Shown: positions 13,855 through 24,647, numbered from the stretch's first letter. The stretch is DNA of 40,188 nucleotides from Acidimicrobiales bacterium (GCA_052032035.1 JBPEXC010000361.1:1-40188), one strand, 5' to 3'. Made by a program: numbers and translations. Notes: generated by a model from the sequence alone, not told the origin.

Positions 13855-15090
13855 TCAGTCGAGGTAGTCGCGCAAGCGTTCGCTGCGGAGCGGGTGGCGG
13901 AGCTTCGCGAGCGTCTTGGACTCGATCTGGCGGATCCGCTCCCGGGTGACGCCGAACTCCTTGCCGACCTCCTCGAGGGTGCGGGGCCGGCCGTCGATCA
14001 GGCCGAAGCGGAGCTTCACGACCTCGGCCTCCCGCTCGTTCAGTTCGCTCAACACCTCGCCCACCGCCTGGGTGAGCAGCTTGCGAGCGGCGACGTCGAG
14101 CGGCGCGGCGGCCTTGTCGGGGATGAAGTCGGCCATCGAGGTGTCGTCCTCGTCGCCGACCGGCGAGTCGAGCGACAGCGGATCCTGCTGGGCGATCCGC
14201 AGGATCTCGGCCACCTTCTCCTCGGTCATGTCGACCGCGGCGGCGAGTTCGGCGATCGACGGCTCGCGCTCGAGCCGCTGGAGCATCGCCCGCTGGGAGC
14301 GCACGACCTTGTTGATCGACTCGACCATGTGGACCGGCACACGGATCGTGCGGGACTGATCGGCGATGGCGCGGGTGATGGCCTGCCGGATCCACCACGT
14401 GGCGTAGGTCGAGAACTTGAACCCCTTGGTGTAGTCGAACTTCTCGACGGCCCGCATCAGGCCGAGGTTGCCCTCCTGGATCAGGTCGAGGATGGGCACG
14501 CTGCGGCCGACGTAGCGCTTGGCGATCGACACCACGAGCCGCAGGTTGGCCGAGGTGAGCTCGCCGCGGGCCCGGTCACCGTCGGCCACGAGGCGGCGCA
14601 GCGACCGGTGGCGGGCGGGGTCGAGGTCGTGCCACTGGTCGGCCGAGATCAACTCGGCGATCTCGGCACCGGCCTCGGACCCGGCCTCGATCCGCTTGGC
14701 GAGCGAGACCTCCTCCTCGGCGGTGAGGAGGGGCACGCGGCCGATCTCCTTGAGGTACATGCGGACCGGGTCGGACGAGCCGTTGGCCCGCGCCATCGCC
14801 ATCGCTGCCACCCGCGCGGGATCGATCTTGCGGTGTCGGCGCCCGGCGCCGGCCGACTCGGCGGGCTGCTCGAGGTCGTCGACGGGCGGTTCGTCGTCGA
14901 ACGGGATCTCCTGCTCGGCGAGGAAGTGGCGGACCTCGGACAGGATCTCGCTGGTGAGCTCGACCCGGGTCATCACCTCGACGACGTCGTCGACGGTGAG
15001 GGGCCGACCCACGCGAGCGCGCAGGGTCAGCCGATCACGGTGCTCGTCGGTGAACTCCGGGCTGTAGCTGGCGAGCGGTTGTTCGGTCAC
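13855..15090 (-). CDS. rpoD: primary (housekeeping) RNA polymerase sigma factor RpoD/SigA
   Basis: [24 protein letters not shown], the region 2-4 sequences [38 protein letters not shown], and [21 protein letters not shown] chose the GTG at 15090, which overlaps the dnaG stop as GTGA. The track start at 15195 would overlap dnaG by 109 nt. Confidence 0.93.
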   Translation of the reverse strand: MTEQPLASYSPEFTDEHRDRLTLRARVGRPLTVDDVVEVMTRVELTSEILSEVRHFLAEQEIPFDDEPPVDDLEQPAESAGAGRRHRKIDPARVAAMAMARANGSSDPVRMYLKEIGRVPLLTAEEEVSLAKRIEAGSEAGAEIAELISADQWHDLDPARHRSLRRLVADGDRARGELTSANLRLVVSIAKRYVGRSVPILDLIQEGNLGLMRAVEKFDYTKGFKFSTYATWWIRQAITRAIADQSRTIRVPVHMVESINKVVRSQRAMLQRLEREPSIAELAAAVDMTEEKVAEILRIAQQDPLSLDSPVGDEDDTSMADFIPDKAAAPLDVAARKLLTQAVGEVLSELNEREAEVVKLRFGLIDGRPRTLEEVGKEFGVTRERIRQIESKTLAKLRHPLRSERLRDYLD

Positions 15091-16868
15091 GTGCTGGTGG
15101 CTCCCGTCGGGTCGCTCATCCAACCTAGCAAGCCCTCCACGGCCGTTGCCCTTCGCGCCGGATCGGCGAGGGCGACCTCCTGCTGCTTGTACCACGCGAG
15201 GTCACGACTGATCTCGCCGACGTCGGCGCCCGGCAGGCGGATCTCCTGGCGGCACTCGTTCACCCGGCGCTCGACGAAGCGCAGCCACACCTGGCCGGCG
15301 ACGTCGAGCGGATCGTTGGGCGAGTCGCGCACCGACACCCGCTGGAGCAGGTCGGCCACCTCGGGCGGCGCCGCCTCGATGGCGGCGTGGATCGAGTCGT
15401 GATCGAGGACCAGGTCGAAGGCGCTGGCGTAGAGGTCGTCGCTGAACAGGCTGCTGACCACGAGGTGGGCGATCTCGTCGCGGTGCTGCACGGCGAGGGT
15501 GAGCGCCTCGAGTTCGGGGCCCGGTGTGAGCGCGGCGGCCCGCCGGGGCTCGCGACCGCGGACCGCCGAGGCGGCCGCGACCTGGGCCTTCGGACCGTTG
15601 GCGAGGATCGAGCGGACGAGGCCGTCATCGATCCGGCAGTGGGCGGCGATGTCGAGGGCGTATTGATCGCGCACCAGGGGGTCGGGGTGCTCGGCCACCA
15701 TCGCCAGGGCCGCCTCGGCGGTGCGGGCCCGCCCCTCGGCGGTGGCCAGGTTGCCGGCCTGGAGGGCCCGGTCGACCCGGAACCGCAAGAACGATGTCGA
15801 CGTCGCCACGGCGGCCGCGAGCCGCTCGGGGTCGTGCTGGGCGAGCTGGCCGGGGTCCTCGCCGGGGGGCAGCGACACGACCGCCACCTCGAGGTCGTAG
15901 TCCTTCTCCCACTGGTAGAAGCGGGCGGCGGCGTTCTGCCCGGCGGCGTCGGCATCGAAGCTGAGCACGACGCGGCGGGCGAACTTCGACAGCAGTTTCA
16001 CGTGGTCCTCGGTGAGGGCCGTGCCGCAGGTCGCCACCGCTCGGGGCACACCGGCCTGGGCGAACCCGATCACGTCGGTGTAGCCCTCACAGACGATCAC
16101 CTCGTCGGCCTTGACGACCTCGGCCTTCGCCCAGTTCAGCCCGTAGAGCACCCGGGACTTGTGGTAGATCCCGCTGTCGGCGGAGTTGCGGTACTTCGCC
16201 GGGTCGTCGGAGCCGGGCAGCACCCGACCACCGAACCCCATCGCCCTGCCCTCGGCGTCGAAGATCGGGAACAGCACCCGATGGCGGAAGAAGTCGTACT
16301 GCCGGTCGTAGCGGTTGAGGGCGCCGAGGCCGGAGTCGACCCAGTCTCGGTCGTTCATGCGCATCGCCTTCGAGAGGTGGTCCCACCCCTCGGGGGCGTA
16401 CCCGATGCGGTAGCGGCGCACGATGTCGCCGTCGTAGCCCCGTTGCCGCAGGTAGCTGCGAGCGGCGCCGGCGTCGGCGCTGGTCAGCAGGCGCTGGTGG
16501 TACCACTCGACCGCCGCCTCGACGGCGTCGTGGAGCTTGGCCCGACGGCGTCGGTCCTCCCCCTCGTTGCGGTCGGTGTAGGTGAGGGTGATGCCCGTCT
16601 TGTTGGCCAGGAACTCGACCGCGCCGACGAAGTCGAGGTGCTCCTGTTCACGGACGAAGGTGATGGCGTCGCCCTTGGCCTGACACCCGAAGCAGTAGTA
16701 GAGCCCCTGGGCCGCGTTGACGCTGAACGACGGCGACTTCTCGGTGTGGAACGGACACAGGCCGGTGAAGCGCGACCCGACGCGTTTGAGCTGGGTGTAG
16801 CCGCTGATCAGCTGGACGATGTCGACCGCGTCGCGTACCCGCCCGATGTCGTCGTCGACGATGCCCAC
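15087..16868 (-). CDS. dnaG: DNA primase DnaG
   Basis: Zinc-ribbon [13 protein letters not shown]...[11 protein letters not shown], and TOPRIM EGYTDV...FDADAAG. Confidence 0.95.
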   Translation of the reverse strand: MGIVDDDIGRVRDAVDIVQLISGYTQLKRVGSRFTGLCPFHTEKSPSFSVNAAQGLYYCFGCQAKGDAITFVREQEHLDFVGAVEFLANKTGITLTYTDRNEGEDRRRRAKLHDAVEAAVEWYHQRLLTSADAGAARSYLRQRGYDGDIVRRYRIGYAPEGWDHLSKAMRMNDRDWVDSGLGALNRYDRQYDFFRHRVLFPIFDAEGRAMGFGGRVLPGSDDPAKYRNSADSGIYHKSRVLYGLNWAKAEVVKADEVIVCEGYTDVIGFAQAGVPRAVATCGTALTEDHVKLLSKFARRVVLSFDADAAGQNAAARFYQWEKDYDLEVAVVSLPPGEDPGQLAQHDPERLAAAVATSTSFLRFRVDRALQAGNLATAEGRARTAEAALAMVAEHPDPLVRDQYALDIAAHCRIDDGLVRSILANGPKAQVAAASAVRGREPRRAAALTPGPELEALTLAVQHRDEIAHLVVSSLFSDDLYASAFDLVLDHDSIHAAIEAAPPEVADLLQRVSVRDSPNDPLDVAGQVWLRFVERRVNECRQEIRLPGADVGEISRDLAWYKQQEVALADPARRATAVEGLLGWMSDPTGATST

Positions 16869-16898
16869 GCCGACGACTCTACGCCAGCGCGGTGACGG

Positions 16899-18218
16899 TC
16901 AGCCGAGGCGTTCCGACAGCCACTGCTCGACCCCGGCGATCGGGATGCGGACCTGCTCCATCGTGTCGCGCTCGCGGATGGTGACCGCCTCGTCCTCGAG
17001 CGAGTCGAAGTCGAGGGTGACGCAGTACGGCGTGCCGATCTCGTCCTGGCGGCGATAGCGCTTGCCGATGTTCTGGGTCTCGTCGTAGTCGGTCATCCAC
17101 CGGTCGGCGAGGGCCGAGAACAGGTTGCGGCTCGGCTCGGCCAGCTCCGGCTTCTTCGACAGCGGCAGCACCGCCACCTTGTAGGGGGCGATCCGGTGGT
17201 GGAGTCGCAGGACCGTGCGGGTGTCGTCGTTGACGGTCTCCTCGTCGTAGGCCGACATCAGGAAGGCCATCATCGTGCGGGTGGCGCCGGCCGCCGGCTC
17301 GATCACGTGGGGCAGGTACTTCTCGCCGCTCGTCTGGTCGAAGTACTCGAGCTTGGCGCCCGAGTGGGTGGCGTGCTGGGTGAGGTCGTAGTTGCCGCGG
17401 TTGGCGATGCCCTCGAGCTCGTCCCAGCCCCACGGGAACAGGAACTCCACGTCGCTGGTGCCCGAGGAGTAGTGGCTCAGCTCGTCGTCGCCGTGGGGAC
17501 GCAGGCGGAGTTCGTCGGCCGGGATCCCGAGGTCGAGGTACCACTGGAGGCGGGTCTGGCACCAGTACTCGTACCACTCGTCGGCCTCGGCCGGCGGCAC
17601 GAAGAACTCGAGCTCCATCTGCTCGAACTCACGGGTGCGGAACACGAAGTTGCCGGGCGTGATCTCGTTGCGGAAGCTCTTGCCGATCTGGGCGATGCCG
17701 AAGGGCGGCTTCTTGCGGCTCGTGTACTGCACGTTGGCGAAGTTGATGAACATGCCCTGGGCGGTCTCGGGCCGCAGGTAGACCTCGGCGCCCTTGCCCT
17801 CGACGGGCCCGGCGTGGGTCTTGAACATCAGGTTGAACTGGCGGGGCTCGGTGAGCTCCCCCTTGGTGCCGCAGTCGGGGCAGGTCTCGGGGTCCTCGAG
17901 CTTGTCGAGTCGGTGACGGGCCCCACAGTTGCGGCAGTCGACCAACGGGTCGGAGAAGTTGGCGAGGTGGCCCGACGCCTCCCAGATCGGGGGCGGCGAC
18001 AGGATCGACGCGTCGAGGCCGACGACGTCGTGGCGCTGCTGCACCATCGACCGCCACCACGCATCCTTCACGTTGCGGAGCATCAGGACGCCGATGGGGC
18101 CGTAGTCGTAGGTCGAGCGGAACCCGCCGTAGATCTCGGCGGACGGGAAGACGATGCCCCGGCGCTTGGAGAGGTTGACGATCTTGTCGAAGAGGTCGCT
18201 GGACGCAGGCTCGGCCAT
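16899..18218 (-). CDS. glyQS: glycine--tRNA ligase (dimeric class II GlyQS type)
   Basis: The ATG at 18218 (MAEPASSDLFDKIVNLSKRRGIVFPSAEIYGG...) is 187 codons into the track ORF. Class II motifs FRNEITPGNFVFRTREFEQMELEFF and AAGATRTMMA are present. Confidence 0.93.
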   Translation of the reverse strand: MAEPASSDLFDKIVNLSKRRGIVFPSAEIYGGFRSTYDYGPIGVLMLRNVKDAWWRSMVQQRHDVVGLDASILSPPPIWEASGHLANFSDPLVDCRNCGARHRLDKLEDPETCPDCGTKGELTEPRQFNLMFKTHAGPVEGKGAEVYLRPETAQGMFINFANVQYTSRKKPPFGIAQIGKSFRNEITPGNFVFRTREFEQMELEFFVPPAEADEWYEYWCQTRLQWYLDLGIPADELRLRPHGDDELSHYSSGTSDVEFLFPWGWDELEGIANRGNYDLTQHATHSGAKLEYFDQTSGEKYLPHVIEPAAGATRTMMAFLMSAYDEETVNDDTRTVLRLHHRIAPYKVAVLPLSKKPELAEPSRNLFSALADRWMTDYDETQNIGKRYRRQDEIGTPYCVTLDFDSLEDEAVTIRERDTMEQVRIPIAGVEQWLSERLG

Positions 18219-18290
18219 GGCCGCAGGGTAACGCCAACCGGCCCGTCGGCATCCATCGATTCCGGGCCCCGAGCGACCAGACTGTGAGCG

Positions 18291-20015
18291 ATGATCGATC
18301 CCTCCCACACCGATGTCGTGCGCCGCCGCATCCTGGCCTCGCTGATCGACCTCGCGATCGTGGCGGGCCTCACCGCACTCGTCGCCCGCATCATCGCCGT
18401 CACCTTCATCGTCGTCGCCGAGACCGACGAGGGCGCCCAGTTCGGCACGGTCGAGGACTACCGGCGCTATCAGGACCTGAGCTCGGGGTTCTCCCGGCTC
18501 CAGGCCTTCGGCGACACCTGGTACGTCTGGGACATCTGGCGACTGCTGCTGATCGGGGCGGTCGCCGTGCTGCTGATCCTGTTGATCTGGGTCGTGCTGC
18601 CGTCGCGCACCGACCAGAGCCCCGGCAAGGCCGTGTTCGGTCTGCGGACCACCGACCTCCTCGGCGAGACCGCCGCAACATCGCAGCACGTCACCCGCAC
18701 CATCTTCGGCCTGGTCGACATCCTGCCGGTCGTCGCCCCCGGCCTGTTGGGGTGGGTGCTCGCCTTCACCTCCAACCACCGTCAGCGTCTCGGCGACCGG
18801 CTGGCCCAGACCGTGGTGATCGATGCCAAGGCCCCGACGCCCCGGCCCGGGCGAACCTCGGCGGCGACGGCCGAGCCCGCCACCGAACCCGCCGCACCGT
18901 CGACGCCGGCCGACCCCCGGGCGGCGGGCGCTCGACCCGCCGAGGCACCGACACCGACCGAGGTGGCCGACGCGCCCATCGCGCCTCCGACCACGCCGCC
19001 GGTGGCCACGCCGCCGGTGGCGCCGACAGCCCCGCCTGCGACCGACCTGCCGGCGACTGACCTGCCCACAACCACCCAGCCCGCAACCACGCCGCCCGTC
19101 GAGCAGCCGTCAGCCCAGCCCGTCGAGGCGGCCGCTCCCGTCGACCAGCCGGGAGCGGCGCCGATCGCGGCAGCGCCGGAGCTGTTCGACGACACCGCCC
19201 CGATCGACATCGAGCGGCCGGCCGACGACCTGCCGGTCCGTCGTAGCACGCTGCGGGCCGACGGCACCGCGATCGACGGCGACCTGCCCGACGACCCAGC
19301 GCTCGAGGAGGCGGTACCCGCCCCGATCGTCGAGTCGTCGGAAGCCCCGTCGTCGAACCCCTCGCTCGATGCGTCGGATGCCCTGGCCGGCCTGCTCGCA
19401 GCCGACAACCACGCCGACCTCGGTCGACCGGAGGACCGTCGACGCGGCGAACCCGATCGGCTCGACCGAGCCGCATGGGAGCGTCCGACGGCCGAGCCGG
19501 CGCCGGTGTGGCGTCGACCGACCGGTGGACGGCCGTTGATCGACGCCGATGCCGGACGAGGCAGGACCGAACGAGCCGGTGACGACGACGGCTACGTCGA
19601 GTGGAACGAGGTGGTCGTCCCCGAGCCGGTATCGCTCGACTTCGACGACGCCCCGCTGCGGTCGCCGGCCGCAGGCGGAGCGACCACCGCCGCCACGACC
19701 ACCGCCGCCACGATGGCCCCGACGGTCGTCGACCACGATCCGGTCGCCGACGGTGGCGTCACCATCGGCGTCCCCTTCGACGAGCGCACCACCGAGTCGA
19801 TCGACGCGCCGACGCCCGAGACCGCCGTCGCGGAGCCCGCCCCGGTGGTCAGCGAGCCGGCGCCCGTCGTGAGCGAACCGGCGCCGGCCACGCCGAGCGA
19901 CGACCCCCGCACCCCGACGTGGAGCGATGCGTGGCAGGCATGGGTGGTGTTCGACCCCGCACGGCAGGCCTGGCTGCGGCACGACCCCGAACAGGATCTC
20001 TGGCTCGAGCTCTGA
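18291..20015 (+). CDS. RDD family membrane protein with a long Pro/Thr/Ala-rich C-terminal tail
   Basis: The N-terminal 180 aa has RRRILASLIDL, three hydrophobic segments and NHRQRLGDRLAQTVV (RDD domain pattern). The remaining about 390 aa are low complexity. Confidence 0.75.
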   Translation: MIDPSHTDVVRRRILASLIDLAIVAGLTALVARIIAVTFIVVAETDEGAQFGTVEDYRRYQDLSSGFSRLQAFGDTWYVWDIWRLLLIGAVAVLLILLIWVVLPSRTDQSPGKAVFGLRTTDLLGETAATSQHVTRTIFGLVDILPVVAPGLLGWVLAFTSNHRQRLGDRLAQTVVIDAKAPTPRPGRTSAATAEPATEPAAPSTPADPRAAGARPAEAPTPTEVADAPIAPPTTPPVATPPVAPTAPPATDLPATDLPTTTQPATTPPVEQPSAQPVEAAAPVDQPGAAPIAAAPELFDDTAPIDIERPADDLPVRRSTLRADGTAIDGDLPDDPALEEAVPAPIVESSEAPSSNPSLDASDALAGLLAADNHADLGRPEDRRRGEPDRLDRAAWERPTAEPAPVWRRPTGGRPLIDADAGRGRTERAGDDDGYVEWNEVVVPEPVSLDFDDAPLRSPAAGGATTAATTTAATMAPTVVDHDPVADGGVTIGVPFDERTTESIDAPTPETAVAEPAPVVSEPAPVVSEPAPATPSDDPRTPTWSDAWQAWVVFDPARQAWLRHDPEQDLWLEL

Positions 20016-20031
20016 GCTCGCTCCTCCGGGT

Positions 20032-20757
20032 TCAGGCCTGGAGATGCTGGTAGAGCACCGTCGAGGATCGCAGCCTGCGCTCGACGTGCTGCTCGATCAT
20101 GCGAGCGCCGAGGTTCTCCAGCTCGCGGGCGGTCGCCTCGTCGGTCCGGTCGAGGACCTGGCGGACGCGCCCTTCGAAGATCTCGATCAGGGCTGCTCGC
20201 GCCTCCGGCGAGATCGGCTCGCCCGACTTGCAGTCGTGGCACAGCACGCCGCCGAGGTGGAGTTCGATCGCCACCAGCGGGTTGGCAGCCCCACACGACA
20301 CGCACCGATCGAGGAGGGGTTGCACCCCCTCGAACACGAGCAACTTCGCCACGAACGCGGGCACGACGAGCGGGTTGCCGCTGCGGTCGAGTTCGGCCAG
20401 TGCGCCGGTCAGCAGCTTGTAGATCGCCCGGTCCGCCTCGCCCTCCTGACCGACCTGGTCGACGACCTCGAGCATGATCGATGCCCGCCCGTAGGCGTCG
20501 AGGTCGGTGCGGAGTCGCGGGTGGAGAGCGACGGTCTGGGCCTCGGTGATGATGTCGAGGTTGCGGCCCTCGTAGAACTGCCCAGCGATCACCGAGCCCG
20601 GCTCGAGGCGGGCCCCGAACTTCGACTTCGTGCGCCGTACGCCCTTGGCCACCGCCCGGATCTTGCCCCTGGACTGCCCGAAGAGCACGACGATGCGGTC
20701 GGCCTCACCGAGCTTGTAGGTCCGCAGGACGACCGCCTCGTCGCGGACCAGGCTCAC
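20032..20757 (-). CDS. recO: DNA repair protein RecO
   Basis: VVLRTYKLGEADRIVVLFGQSRGKIRAVAKGVRR and a Cys zinc motif CVSCG...CHDC. The start overlaps the uppS stop by 4 nt. Confidence 0.92.
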   Translation of the reverse strand: MSLVRDEAVVLRTYKLGEADRIVVLFGQSRGKIRAVAKGVRRTKSKFGARLEPGSVIAGQFYEGRNLDIITEAQTVALHPRLRTDLDAYGRASIMLEVVDQVGQEGEADRAIYKLLTGALAELDRSGNPLVVPAFVAKLLVFEGVQPLLDRCVSCGAANPLVAIELHLGGVLCHDCKSGEPISPEARAALIEIFEGRVRQVLDRTDEATARELENLGARMIEQHVERRLRSSTVLYQHLQA

Positions 20758-21479
20758 GACGCCTCGCCGGGCTCCGTCAGGCCGCCGAAGCGTCGATCCC
20801 GCCGCTGGTACTCGCGCACGGCGTCGGCGAGGTGGGTGCGCCGGAAGTCGGGCCAGAACGTGTCGGTGAAGACGAGCTCCGCGTAGGCGGCCTGCCAGAT
20901 CAGGTAGTTCGAGATCCGCGACTCGCCCGACGTGCGGATCCAGAGGTCGACCTCGGGCATCTCCGGGTCGTAGAGGTGGGCGGCGATCGACTCCTCGGTG
21001 ATCGGCTCGCCGGCGGCGAGGGCGTCGTTCACCGCGTCGACCAACTCGGCGCGACCGCCGTAGTTGAACGCGATCGTGAGGGTGAGCGTGCGGTTGTCCT
21101 TGGTGAGCTCGATGCTCTCGTTCATCCGCTTGACCAGGCGGCGGGGCACGCGCCAGTCACGGCGACCGATGAACCGGATCCGCACCCCCATCTCGTGGAG
21201 CTCGCGGCTGCGTCGCACCAGGAGCGACTCGTTGAAGCCCATCAGATAGCGGACCTCGGCGGTGGGCCGACGCCAGTTCTCGGTCGAGAACGCATAGACG
21301 GTCAGCCATTCGACGCCGAGTTCGAGGGCGCCGTGCACGGCGTCGAGCAGCGCCTCCTCACCGGCGGCGTGGCCGTCGGTGCGCTTCAGGCCGCGCTGTT
21401 GCGCCCATCGCCCGTTGCCGTCCATGACGGCGGCGACGTGACGCGGCACGTGTCGCAGGTCGATCCCGGTGAGATCCAT
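20754..21479 (-). CDS. uppS: di-trans,poly-cis-decaprenyl/undecaprenyl-diphosphate synthase (UppS family)
   Basis: The ATG at 21479 (MDLTGIDLRHVPRHVAAVMDGNGRWA...) is 160 codons into the track ORF. Motifs YAFSTENWRRP and SGESRISN are present. The upstream Arg/Pro-rich part of the track ORF is an artefact. Confidence 0.92.
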   Translation of the reverse strand: MDLTGIDLRHVPRHVAAVMDGNGRWAQQRGLKRTDGHAAGEEALLDAVHGALELGVEWLTVYAFSTENWRRPTAEVRYLMGFNESLLVRRSRELHEMGVRIRFIGRRDWRVPRRLVKRMNESIELTKDNRTLTLTIAFNYGGRAELVDAVNDALAAGEPITEESIAAHLYDPEMPEVDLWIRTSGESRISNYLIWQAAYAELVFTDTFWPDFRRTHLADAVREYQRRDRRFGGLTEPGEAS

Positions 21480-21534
21480 CGGAGCGCACCGTATCCGATC
21501 ACCTGTCGCTCGGGCGGGAGGCCCGGACGGTGGC

Positions 21535-22593
21535 TCAGCCCTCGGCGGGCTCCGAGCCGGCGTCGGGAGCGGCCGGCGCCTCGGTGGCCGGCGCAGCGGT
21601 GGTCGACGGAGCGGCGGTCGTGGGATTGAAGAAGGTCGGCACCGGCGAGTCGGCGTCGGTCGACGGCGTCGCGGTGGTGGCCGGCGCAGCGGTCGTGGGC
21701 GCAGCCGTGGTGGCGGTGGTGGCCGGGGCCGCCGTCGTGGCCGGGCGGCGCACGGTGGTGGCCGTCCGGCGGGGGGCCGCCGTGGTGGCGGGCGCCGCGG
21801 TGGTGGCCGGCGCAGCCGTCGTGACGGTGGTGGACGGCGCCGCGGTGGTCGACGGGGCGGCCGTGGTGGCCGTCGTCGACGGCTCGGGAGCGAGCGTGGT
21901 CGTGAGTTCGACGGTCGTCGGCGCGTCGTCGACGGTGGTGATCCGCTCGTCGTCGCCACCGAGCATCTGGCCCACCAGGACCACGCCGAGCACGATGACC
22001 GCGGCGATGGCGAGGAGCGCCGCCAGCATCGTGCGGCGGTCGTCGTCGACGTCCTCCGCCGGCTGGAAGGTCACCGCACCGGTGGTGTCGAGCTGGGCCC
22101 CGAGCTGCAGCCGAGGCTGTTCCTCGGTGACGGGCCGCTCGATGTCGAGCTGGACCCGCGGCCGCTCCGGTTCGACCGGGGCGCCGCCCATCGCCGCCAG
22201 GGTCAGCTTCGGGCGCGTGGTCGGTGCGTCGTCCGACGGGGTCGGGCGGCCCGGCAGCACGATGCGGCGGGGCCCGGCCGCCTCGGCGTCGTCGGCAGTG
22301 GTGTCGTCGGCAGTGGTGTCGGCCGTGTCGTCATCGGCGGTGTCGTCGTCGGTCTCGAGGACCGTCTCGTCATCGACCGGCTCGTCCTCGACCGTCTCGT
22401 CCTCGACCGGTTCGTCAGCGAGGACCTCGACCTCGTCATCGGCGGGATCGTCGGCGACCGGGTCGGGCACGAGGGTCGGCCGCTTCGGCGAGTCGAGCAG
22501 GAGGGAGGCGAGCCGTTCGGCCTCGAGGTCGAGGAGCTCGAGGTCGGTAGCAGCGTCGGGGGATGCAGGCATGTCGGTGGTGTCGTCGATCAC
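21535..22593 (-). CDS. hypothetical single-pass membrane protein (acidic N-terminal region, TM, Thr/Ala/Pro-repeat exterior)
   Basis: The TM segment is MLAALLAIAAVIVLGVVLVGQML. There are DDTAD/VEDET acidic repeats N-terminally and TTAAPATT repeats C-terminally. Three overlapping frames are open here, so strand and frame are chosen on TM and overall architecture only. Confidence 0.5.
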   Translation of the reverse strand: MIDDTTDMPASPDAATDLELLDLEAERLASLLLDSPKRPTLVPDPVADDPADDEVEVLADEPVEDETVEDEPVDDETVLETDDDTADDDTADTTADDTTADDAEAAGPRRIVLPGRPTPSDDAPTTRPKLTLAAMGGAPVEPERPRVQLDIERPVTEEQPRLQLGAQLDTTGAVTFQPAEDVDDDRRTMLAALLAIAAVIVLGVVLVGQMLGGDDERITTVDDAPTTVELTTTLAPEPSTTATTAAPSTTAAPSTTVTTAAPATTAAPATTAAPRRTATTVRRPATTAAPATTATTAAPTTAAPATTATPSTDADSPVPTFFNPTTAAPSTTAAPATEAPAAPDAGSEPAEG

Positions 22594-22696
22594 AGAGAAG
22601 TAGTCCGAATTCTCACCGCCTGGAGCGGCAACTCACCGCCGGAGGCGGCGCCACAACATCGCCCGCGACGCGAGGTTACTGCCTAGGCTCCAGGGG

Positions 22697-24628
22697 GTGT
22701 CCAGCACAACTACCCAGCTGGGCAGGGTGACCCAAGCGCTTCCGGGCGGCGGCGAGGCCCGGCCCGGACAGCAGGAGATGGCCGACCTGGTGGCCAGGGC
22801 GGTCGAGCGCGGGATCATGGGCGACCTGCGCACCACCCTCGTGCAGGCCGGCACCGGCACCGGCAAATCGCTCGCCTACCTCGTGCCGATCGTCGCAGCG
22901 GGGCGCAAGGCGATCATCGCGACCGCGACCATCGCCCTCCAGGGGCAGCTCCTGGCCAGCGATCTGCCCAAGGTCGCCGACGCCATCGACGACGACCTCA
23001 CCTTCGCCCTGCTGAAGGGCCGCAACAACTACGCCTGCGCCCAGCGGCTGGCCGAGCTCGACAACTCCGACACCAGCGACCAGCTCGACCTGCTCGGCGG
23101 CACCTCCAAGCTCGACGAGCTCCGCCGCGTCCGGGAGTGGGCCGCCGACTCCGCCACCGGCGACCGCGAAGAGCTCGACCCCGCTCCCCCGCTCGACGTC
23201 TGGCGCGCCGTCAGCGTCGGCGCCGACGAGTGCCCGGGCGCCGCCCGCTGCCCCAGCGGCGGCGAGTGCTTCAGCGAGCAGGCCCGCAACGAGGCGATGG
23301 AGGCCCAGGTGGTGATCACCAACCACCACTACTACGGCCTCGACCTCGCCGCCGGCGGCGTGCTGCTGCCCGAACACGACGTCGTCGTCTTCGACGAGGC
23401 CCACCACCTCCCCGAGGTGATCGGCGCCACCAACGGCACCGAGATCTCGGGCGGTCGCCTCCGCGCCCTCGGCAAACGGATCCGGGGGCTGCTGACCGAC
23501 GACAAGCCGGCCCTTCAGCTCGACCGCTCGGCCCTCGACCTCGACGACGTCCTCGGCAAGCAGGTCGGTCGCCGCATCGAGATCGCCGACGACCTGCTGT
23601 CGTTGCTCGTGACCGCTCGCGACCGGCTCGACACCGCCCTCGCCGCCCTCCGCAAGATCGACGCCCCCGATGGCTCCGACGCCGCCGCCCGGGCAGAGCG
23701 AGCCGTGCTCGGCGCCACCAACCTGATCGACGCCTGCGATCAACTCCTGGCCTCGGGCGACGACGACGTGTGCTGGATCGACGGCAACCGGGATCGCCCG
23801 GTGTTGCGGCGCACCCCGCTCGACGTGGGCGCCATCCTCACCGAGCGGCTGTGGGGTCAGCACACCGCGATCCTCACCAGCGCCACCCTGCCGCCGGGCC
23901 TCGCCGACCAACTCGGCCTCGTCGGCCATCCGTCGTTCCACGGCGGCGCCGTGCACGACGTGGCCTCACCGTTCGACTACGAGACCCTGGGCGTCCTCTA
24001 CTGCGCCACCCACCTCCCCGAGCCGCGGCACCCCGACTACCGCCAGGCCGTGCGCGACGAGATGGTGCGCCTCATCGGCGCCGCCGGCGGCCGCACCCTC
24101 GGGCTGTTCACCAGCGCGTCGGCGATGCAGGAGGCCGCCGAGGACCTACGAGATCGGCTGGACATGACCGTCATGGTGCAGGGCGAGCAGTCGAAGGCCC
24201 GCCTGATCGAGGCCTTCCGGGCCGAGCCCTCGGCGGTCCTGTTGGCGACGCTCTCGTTCTGGCAGGGCGTCGACCTCCCCGGCGACACCCTCACGCTCGT
24301 CACGATCGACCGGCTGCCGTTCCCGCGGCCCGACGACCCGGTGCTGTCGGCCCGGCGCGACGCCGCCGGGCCCGCCGCCTTCCGGACCGTCGACCTTCCC
24401 CGGGCCCAGATCCTCCTCGCCCAGGCGGCCGGCCGGCTGATCCGGCGCAGCACCGACCGCGGCGTGGTCGCCGTGCTCGACAATCGGTTGGCGACCAAGA
24501 AGTCGTATCGCTGGGAACTGATCGGGGCGCTGCCGCCGCTGCGGCGGATGAAGGACCCGGACGAGGTGGCCGAGTTCCTCCGGTCGATCGACGCCGACGC
24601 TCGGGCAGCGGCCGCTCAGGACGACTGA
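22697..24628 (+). CDS. dinG: ATP-dependent DNA helicase, DinG/Rad3 (XPD-like) family with Fe-S Cys cluster
   Basis: Walker A is VQAGTGTGKSLAYLVP and the DEAH box is VVFDEAHHL. Four Cys are spaced as in an XPD-type 4Fe-4S domain (NNYAC...ECPGAARCPSGGEC). C-terminal helicase motifs FWQGVD and RLIR are present. Confidence 0.85.
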   Translation: MSSTTTQLGRVTQALPGGGEARPGQQEMADLVARAVERGIMGDLRTTLVQAGTGTGKSLAYLVPIVAAGRKAIIATATIALQGQLLASDLPKVADAIDDDLTFALLKGRNNYACAQRLAELDNSDTSDQLDLLGGTSKLDELRRVREWAADSATGDREELDPAPPLDVWRAVSVGADECPGAARCPSGGECFSEQARNEAMEAQVVITNHHYYGLDLAAGGVLLPEHDVVVFDEAHHLPEVIGATNGTEISGGRLRALGKRIRGLLTDDKPALQLDRSALDLDDVLGKQVGRRIEIADDLLSLLVTARDRLDTALAALRKIDAPDGSDAAARAERAVLGATNLIDACDQLLASGDDDVCWIDGNRDRPVLRRTPLDVGAILTERLWGQHTAILTSATLPPGLADQLGLVGHPSFHGGAVHDVASPFDYETLGVLYCATHLPEPRHPDYRQAVRDEMVRLIGAAGGRTLGLFTSASAMQEAAEDLRDRLDMTVMVQGEQSKARLIEAFRAEPSAVLLATLSFWQGVDLPGDTLTLVTIDRLPFPRPDDPVLSARRDAAGPAAFRTVDLPRAQILLAQAAGRLIRRSTDRGVVAVLDNRLATKKSYRWELIGALPPLRRMKDPDEVAEFLRSIDADARAAAAQDD

Positions 24629-24647
24629 CCGGTCCGGCCCCAGCGGG

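Noticed and set aside
13894-16895. Two 502-aa plus-strand ORFs (13894..15402 and 15387..16895)
   Set aside because: They are antisense to rpoD and dnaG.
18219-18290. T-box leader upstream of glyQS
   Set aside because: The spacer to the divergent RDD gene is only 72 nt, too short for a T-box, and no T-box consensus was seen.
22676-23956. 426-aa minus-strand ORF
   Set aside because: It is antisense to the DinG-like helicase gene.
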